From: an uncultured virus (IMG/VR IMGVR_UViG_3300015245_000036)
Taxonomy: Duplodnaviria; Heunggongvirae; Uroviricota; Caudoviricetes
Virus record (IMG/VR): IMGVR_UViG_3300015245_000036
Strand: one strand, 5' to 3'
DNA: 20,000 nucleotides
The notes under the pieces are model-generated. The model was not told the origin of the DNA. It was given only the letters and a program-made list of their open reading frames with translations, and made no database searches. The position numbers and the translations under genes were made by a program. Below are positions 17,601 through 20,000 of this stretch, one piece after another. Position 1 is the first letter of the stretch; each line of letters starts with the position of its first letter.

Positions 17601-19052
17601 GCGCCGCGCACGCCGTTCGCGTACGACAAGCTGCACGCGATGCTCTCGGGTGCGGGCGTCAAGATCTCCAAGGCCGGCTCGAGGCAGGCGCTGGGACCGC
17701 TCACCGACGCGGACATCCTGAAAATGTCCTCGGGCGTGCTCCCGGAGCCGAGCAAGATGGTCAGGGCCAAGGACCTGCGTCCCGAGACCGGCGGGATGTT
17801 CGACCCCGCGAGAACCGGCGGAATGGCCGGGACGAAGTGGTCGCACGTCGAGCTGTCCGAGCCGATTGTCAACCCCGTATTCGAGGAGCCCGTGCGCCGG
17901 CTCCTGGGCCTGACGCAAAAGGAGTTCACGGAGAAAACCGGCCACGGTGGCGAGTGGTTCCGCGCGGCGCTGGGTCGAATCGACGTGCCGTCCCGACTCG
18001 AGGAGCTGCGCGATCGATCGAGACGCCTGCGCGGCGCGGCGCTCGACGATGCCGTCAAGCAGGCCAAGTACCTGGCGGCTCTCCAGGCGCACGGGCTGAA
18101 GCCCGCCGACGCCTACGTGATCAGCAAGGTGCCGGTCACGCCGCCGGTCATTCGACCGATCCTTCCCCTCAAGGACGGCAGGCTCCAAGTCGGCGACGCG
18201 AACCTGCTCTACCGCGACGCGTTTCTGGCGAACGACCAGTTGAAGGACTCGGTGGGCGTTCTGCCCGGGCCCGAGCTTCACGCGCCGCGTAGGCACCTGT
18301 ACGACGCGGTCAGCGCGTTGTTCGGCGTCGGCGATCCGGTCAGCCCGGGGGTGCAGCGTCGCGGCGCCAAGGGGTACATCGCGACGATCACGGGAAGCCG
18401 ACCGGGCTCGGGGTTCTTCCAGTCCAAATTGATGAAGCGCCAGCAGGACGTCAGCGGGCGCGCGACCATCGCGCCGGACCCGACGCTGTCCATGGACGAG
18501 ATCGGGGTGCCCACTGACATGCTTTGGGGCATGTATTCCAAGTTCGTAATCGGGCGACTCGTGCGTCGAGGCTATTCGGCTATCGATGCACAGAAGTTAG
18601 TGGAGGACAAGGCGCCGATCGCCAAAGACGAGTTGATCAACGAGACCAGGGAACGCCCGGTCATGGTGAACCGCGCACCCTCGCTGACCCGCCACAACAT
18701 CATCGGCGCCTATCCGAGGATGACTGAAGGCAAAACGATCACGCTCAACCCGTTCGCCGAGCGTGGAACCAACGCGGACTATGACGGCGACGCGATGCAG
18801 ATCCACGCTCCGGTGACGCCTGCGGGCGTGGAGGACGTCAAACGAATGACGCTCTCGCACCAGATCTTCGCGGATCGGAGGCCGGGCATGCTCAACGTCG
18901 CACCCGACATGGAAGCCGTGCTCGGTCTCCACCGAGCAACCCAGCCGGCCTCCGATCGAGCCGCGAAGAGGTTCGCGTCGCTGCAGGATGCCCGTGCGGC
19001 GTACCATCGCGGCGAGGTCGCCCTGAACGACCATATCCACGTCGGCGAGTGA
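14676..19052 (+). CDS. Multisubunit-type DNA-directed RNA polymerase: beta-like subunit fused to N-terminal half of beta' (1458 aa)
   Basis: Collinear beta motifs: FILDGTEYSVSNQLRTKPGVY, RDVHSTHLG, NRALMASKHQGQALPL, ALGTNLRVAYMPY, GDKISNRYGAKGVV, YFLKL, QQPARGG, IGKMEF. Then beta' motifs: HVELSEP, VPVTPPVIRP, DVSGRATI, NRAPSL, NADYDGD (18771-18791), VLGL. Start at ATG 14676 (ATGA coupling) rather than 14493. Confidence 0.95.
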   Translation: MTDASTKTQPVLRPVLEDSTTRREKIRQAAIQGLGKAFPMKAGKWTVELADARIEPREFSSREQKMAILEGKTLSERVRGDLTVRDAQGAVASRAQGFTLLHLPYFTPRHTFILDGTEYSVSNQLRTKPGVYVRRRGNEELEAAFNLSKGANFKVMMEPEKGLLYMQPGHTTARVALYPVLRALDVPHHDIVRSWGPQVAAINRDAFRSPDAHVGRLYEALIHPAKRNHATPEARVGAIREYLEATSMDPEVNRVTLGSPFDKASGQAMLAASNKILEVHRKSADVDDRDSLAFKTFHSVDDFVRERLQLDARAMRNKLGWKLDANRGSIKEALPAAPLTRAVTGFLTTSSLSAVPMQINPMELVDEASRVTLLGEGAIASERAIPLEARDVHSTHLGIIDPTRVPESFKVGVDLRVGIGTRRDDHGNLYAPVRNVRTGKDEYLKAADMAKAVVAFPGGDLGAGKIVDVMKDGSVQRVASSEVTYQIRHASDMYGATTNLLPLLNGMQGNRALMASKHQGQALPLLHREAPLVQVESWNPGMSVEREMVRLIVPTAPTAGRIDKIDADYIHFVPSGEKRAADGPIRLHYDHDLPLAAKTYLDNKLTVKEGDLVREGQPLAESNFTRDGVLALGTNLRVAYMPYRGLNTNDGIVVSQGAADKLTSEHMFHHVLSKAGDVETNREKHRAYFGGRYSARQYDALDESGVARPGTVLQKGDPIIIGVRPETATGDAALLGKLSKSLVRPYAEVVETWTHDHPGIVTDVSKTGERHSATVKTQETLQVGDKISNRYGAKGVVAKVVPDAQMIQDEKGRPVDVILTSAGIITRINPAQLVEASLGKVADHRGEPILVPQFAARDAVAYAKDLLKANGLSDKETVVDPMTGKSVPGVFVGKSYFLKLFKTTDSNWAAHGAERYDYNQQPARGGDDGAKGIGKMEFDGLVAHNARAVLRESAAIKSQRNDEFWRSVQLGTPAPAPRTPFAYDKLHAMLSGAGVKISKAGSRQALGPLTDADILKMSSGVLPEPSKMVRAKDLRPETGGMFDPARTGGMAGTKWSHVELSEPIVNPVFEEPVRRLLGLTQKEFTEKTGHGGEWFRAALGRIDVPSRLEELRDRSRRLRGAALDDAVKQAKYLAALQAHGLKPADAYVISKVPVTPPVIRPILPLKDGRLQVGDANLLYRDAFLANDQLKDSVGVLPGPELHAPRRHLYDAVSALFGVGDPVSPGVQRRGAKGYIATITGSRPGSGFFQSKLMKRQQDVSGRATIAPDPTLSMDEIGVPTDMLWGMYSKFVIGRLVRRGYSAIDAQKLVEDKAPIAKDELINETRERPVMVNRAPSLTRHNIIGAYPRMTEGKTITLNPFAERGTNADYDGDAMQIHAPVTPAGVEDVKRMTLSHQIFADRRPGMLNVAPDMEAVLGLHRATQPASDRAAKRFASLQDARAAYHRGEVALNDHIHVGE

Positions 19053-19072
19053 CGGCCTATACTTAGGGTGCC

Positions 19073-19540
19073 GTGCCCTTTCGATCCGAAGCGCAGCGAA
19101 AGTACCTATGGGCCAACCACCCCGAGGTCGCACGGGAGTTCGCGGACCACACGCCCAAGGGCGAGATGCTCCCGGAGCACGTCAAGCGCGCGAGCGCGTC
19201 GGGCGTGCTTGCCGCGCTGGAGCGCTTCGGCCTCAAGCACGCCGGGGAGGAACTTCGGCTCAAGATTCCGGATCGGACCTTCCACGGATTCGACGCGGCA
19301 GGCAGGACAGTGGCGGCGAAGGGCCACGCCAAGAAGGCGAACACCTACGGCGACCGACGGTCGTCGGAGGACCTGGCGCGCATGCTTCAAGCGCTCGACG
19401 AGCCACCACAGCCGGGCGGGCTCGTGGCGTCCAAGAACCCGCTCGATCGCTCGACCAACTGGGGTCCGCCGAGCAACATGGCCGCCGGTGATGTCGGCGG
19501 CCGATCTGGTGTTGGTCCATCTGCGTTTGGAGGCGTCTGA
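19073..19540 (+). CDS. Hypothetical phage protein with MPFRSEAQRKYLWANHPE-type N-terminus
   Basis: 155 aa. The N-terminal basic motif resembles one I recall from uncharacterised phage proteins (not verified). TGATG coupling to the next gene. Confidence 0.75.
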   Translation: MPFRSEAQRKYLWANHPEVAREFADHTPKGEMLPEHVKRASASGVLAALERFGLKHAGEELRLKIPDRTFHGFDAAGRTVAAKGHAKKANTYGDRRSSEDLARMLQALDEPPQPGGLVASKNPLDRSTNWGPPSNMAAGDVGGRSGVGPSAFGGV

Positions 19541-19953
19541 TGCTGTCGGCTCGCGTCACCTCGTTTGCTCATGCGGGCGTCCAGCGCGCCCTGGCAAGGT
19601 TCAAGATCGCGGACGTCGCGCCAGCAGGGATCCTCGACAAGCTCAAGACGTTCGGGTCGGGCCAGGTCGGGGCCGCGAAGGATTTGTTCCACAACCTGCG
19701 CGGCGGCCTGGGCGGACAGATGAACTCCGCCCTGGTCACGGGGGCCGTGCCGCCGCAGAGCATGGACCTCGCGCGAGCGACTCACCGACAGCAGGCTCTC
19801 GGAAACGTGGGCAAGCTCGCACCGACGCTCGCCGGTGGCGGATTGTACATGTGGCACCGACGCAACCAAGAGCAGGATGAGCAGTCGCGCCGCCGAGCCA
19901 TGATGGCCCAGCAGGGCTATGGCGGGCCCCAGGGCTACCCGCCCTCGATGTGA
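19540..19953 (+). CDS. Hypothetical Gly/Ala-rich protein (137 aa), possibly virion-associated
   Basis: Translationally coupled start; Gly-rich amphipathic stretches with short hydrophobic LAPTLAGGGLYMW. Confidence 0.7.
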   Translation: MLSARVTSFAHAGVQRALARFKIADVAPAGILDKLKTFGSGQVGAAKDLFHNLRGGLGGQMNSALVTGAVPPQSMDLARATHRQQALGNVGKLAPTLAGGGLYMWHRRNQEQDEQSRRRAMMAQQGYGGPQGYPPSM

Positions 19954-19954
19954 C

Positions 19955-20000
19955 ATGCGAACGCTGGGACAACACCTCGTCGACGCCGTGCTGCCCAAGG
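19955..20000 (+). CDS. Start of probable RNA polymerase beta' C-terminal-half subunit (truncated by window)
   Basis: ATG 1 nt after the previous stop. MRTLGQHLVDAVLPK resembles the beta' segment TTVGR-hh-xx-h-LP/VPK that normally follows the point where the fused protein ends. Only 15 codons are visible. Confidence 0.55.
   Translation, partial: MRTLGQHLVDAVLPK

Noticed and set aside
14676..19052. Ordinary cellular rpoBC operon or an rpoC pseudogene
   Set aside because: No ribosomal-protein/nusG neighbours, phage-like context, strong divergence with intact catalytic residues, and a probable continuation gene at 19955.
1..20000. tRNA/rRNA genes, integrase, transposase, inteins or introns
   Set aside because: None recognisable by eye; intergenic gaps are short and the large ORFs are collinear with their families. 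A covariance-model scan was not run.

Overview
GC-rich, densely coding segment that reads as part of a large tailed-phage genome (host unknown). The left block (<1-12433) is mostly on the minus strand and looks like a replication/recombination module. It contains a >1170-aa DnaG-type primase (CHC2 zinc finger + TOPRIM) fused to a C-terminal P-loop ATPase, which the ORF track missed because it runs off the window. It also contains two 4-Cys PD-(D/E)XK (RecB/Cas4-like) nucleases, a putative Zn-binding SSB, a ParB-like protein, a SNF2-type helicase, several small hypotheticals and one oppositely oriented sigma70-family factor with altered promoter-recognition residues. The right block (12507->20000, plus strand) starts with a portal-like protein. 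It then carries the main find: a compact 1458-aa RNA polymerase in which a whole beta-like subunit is fused to only the N-terminal half of beta' (catalytic NADYDGD, no beta' N-terminal zinc-binding domain, degenerate rifampicin pocket). After two small genes, an ORF starting at 19955 (MRTLGQHLVDAVLPK) appears to resume beta' where the fusion stops. This suggests a re-partitioned 'beta+beta'N / beta'C' phage RNAP with its own sigma factor. All family assignments come from motif recognition by eye; no searches were run.
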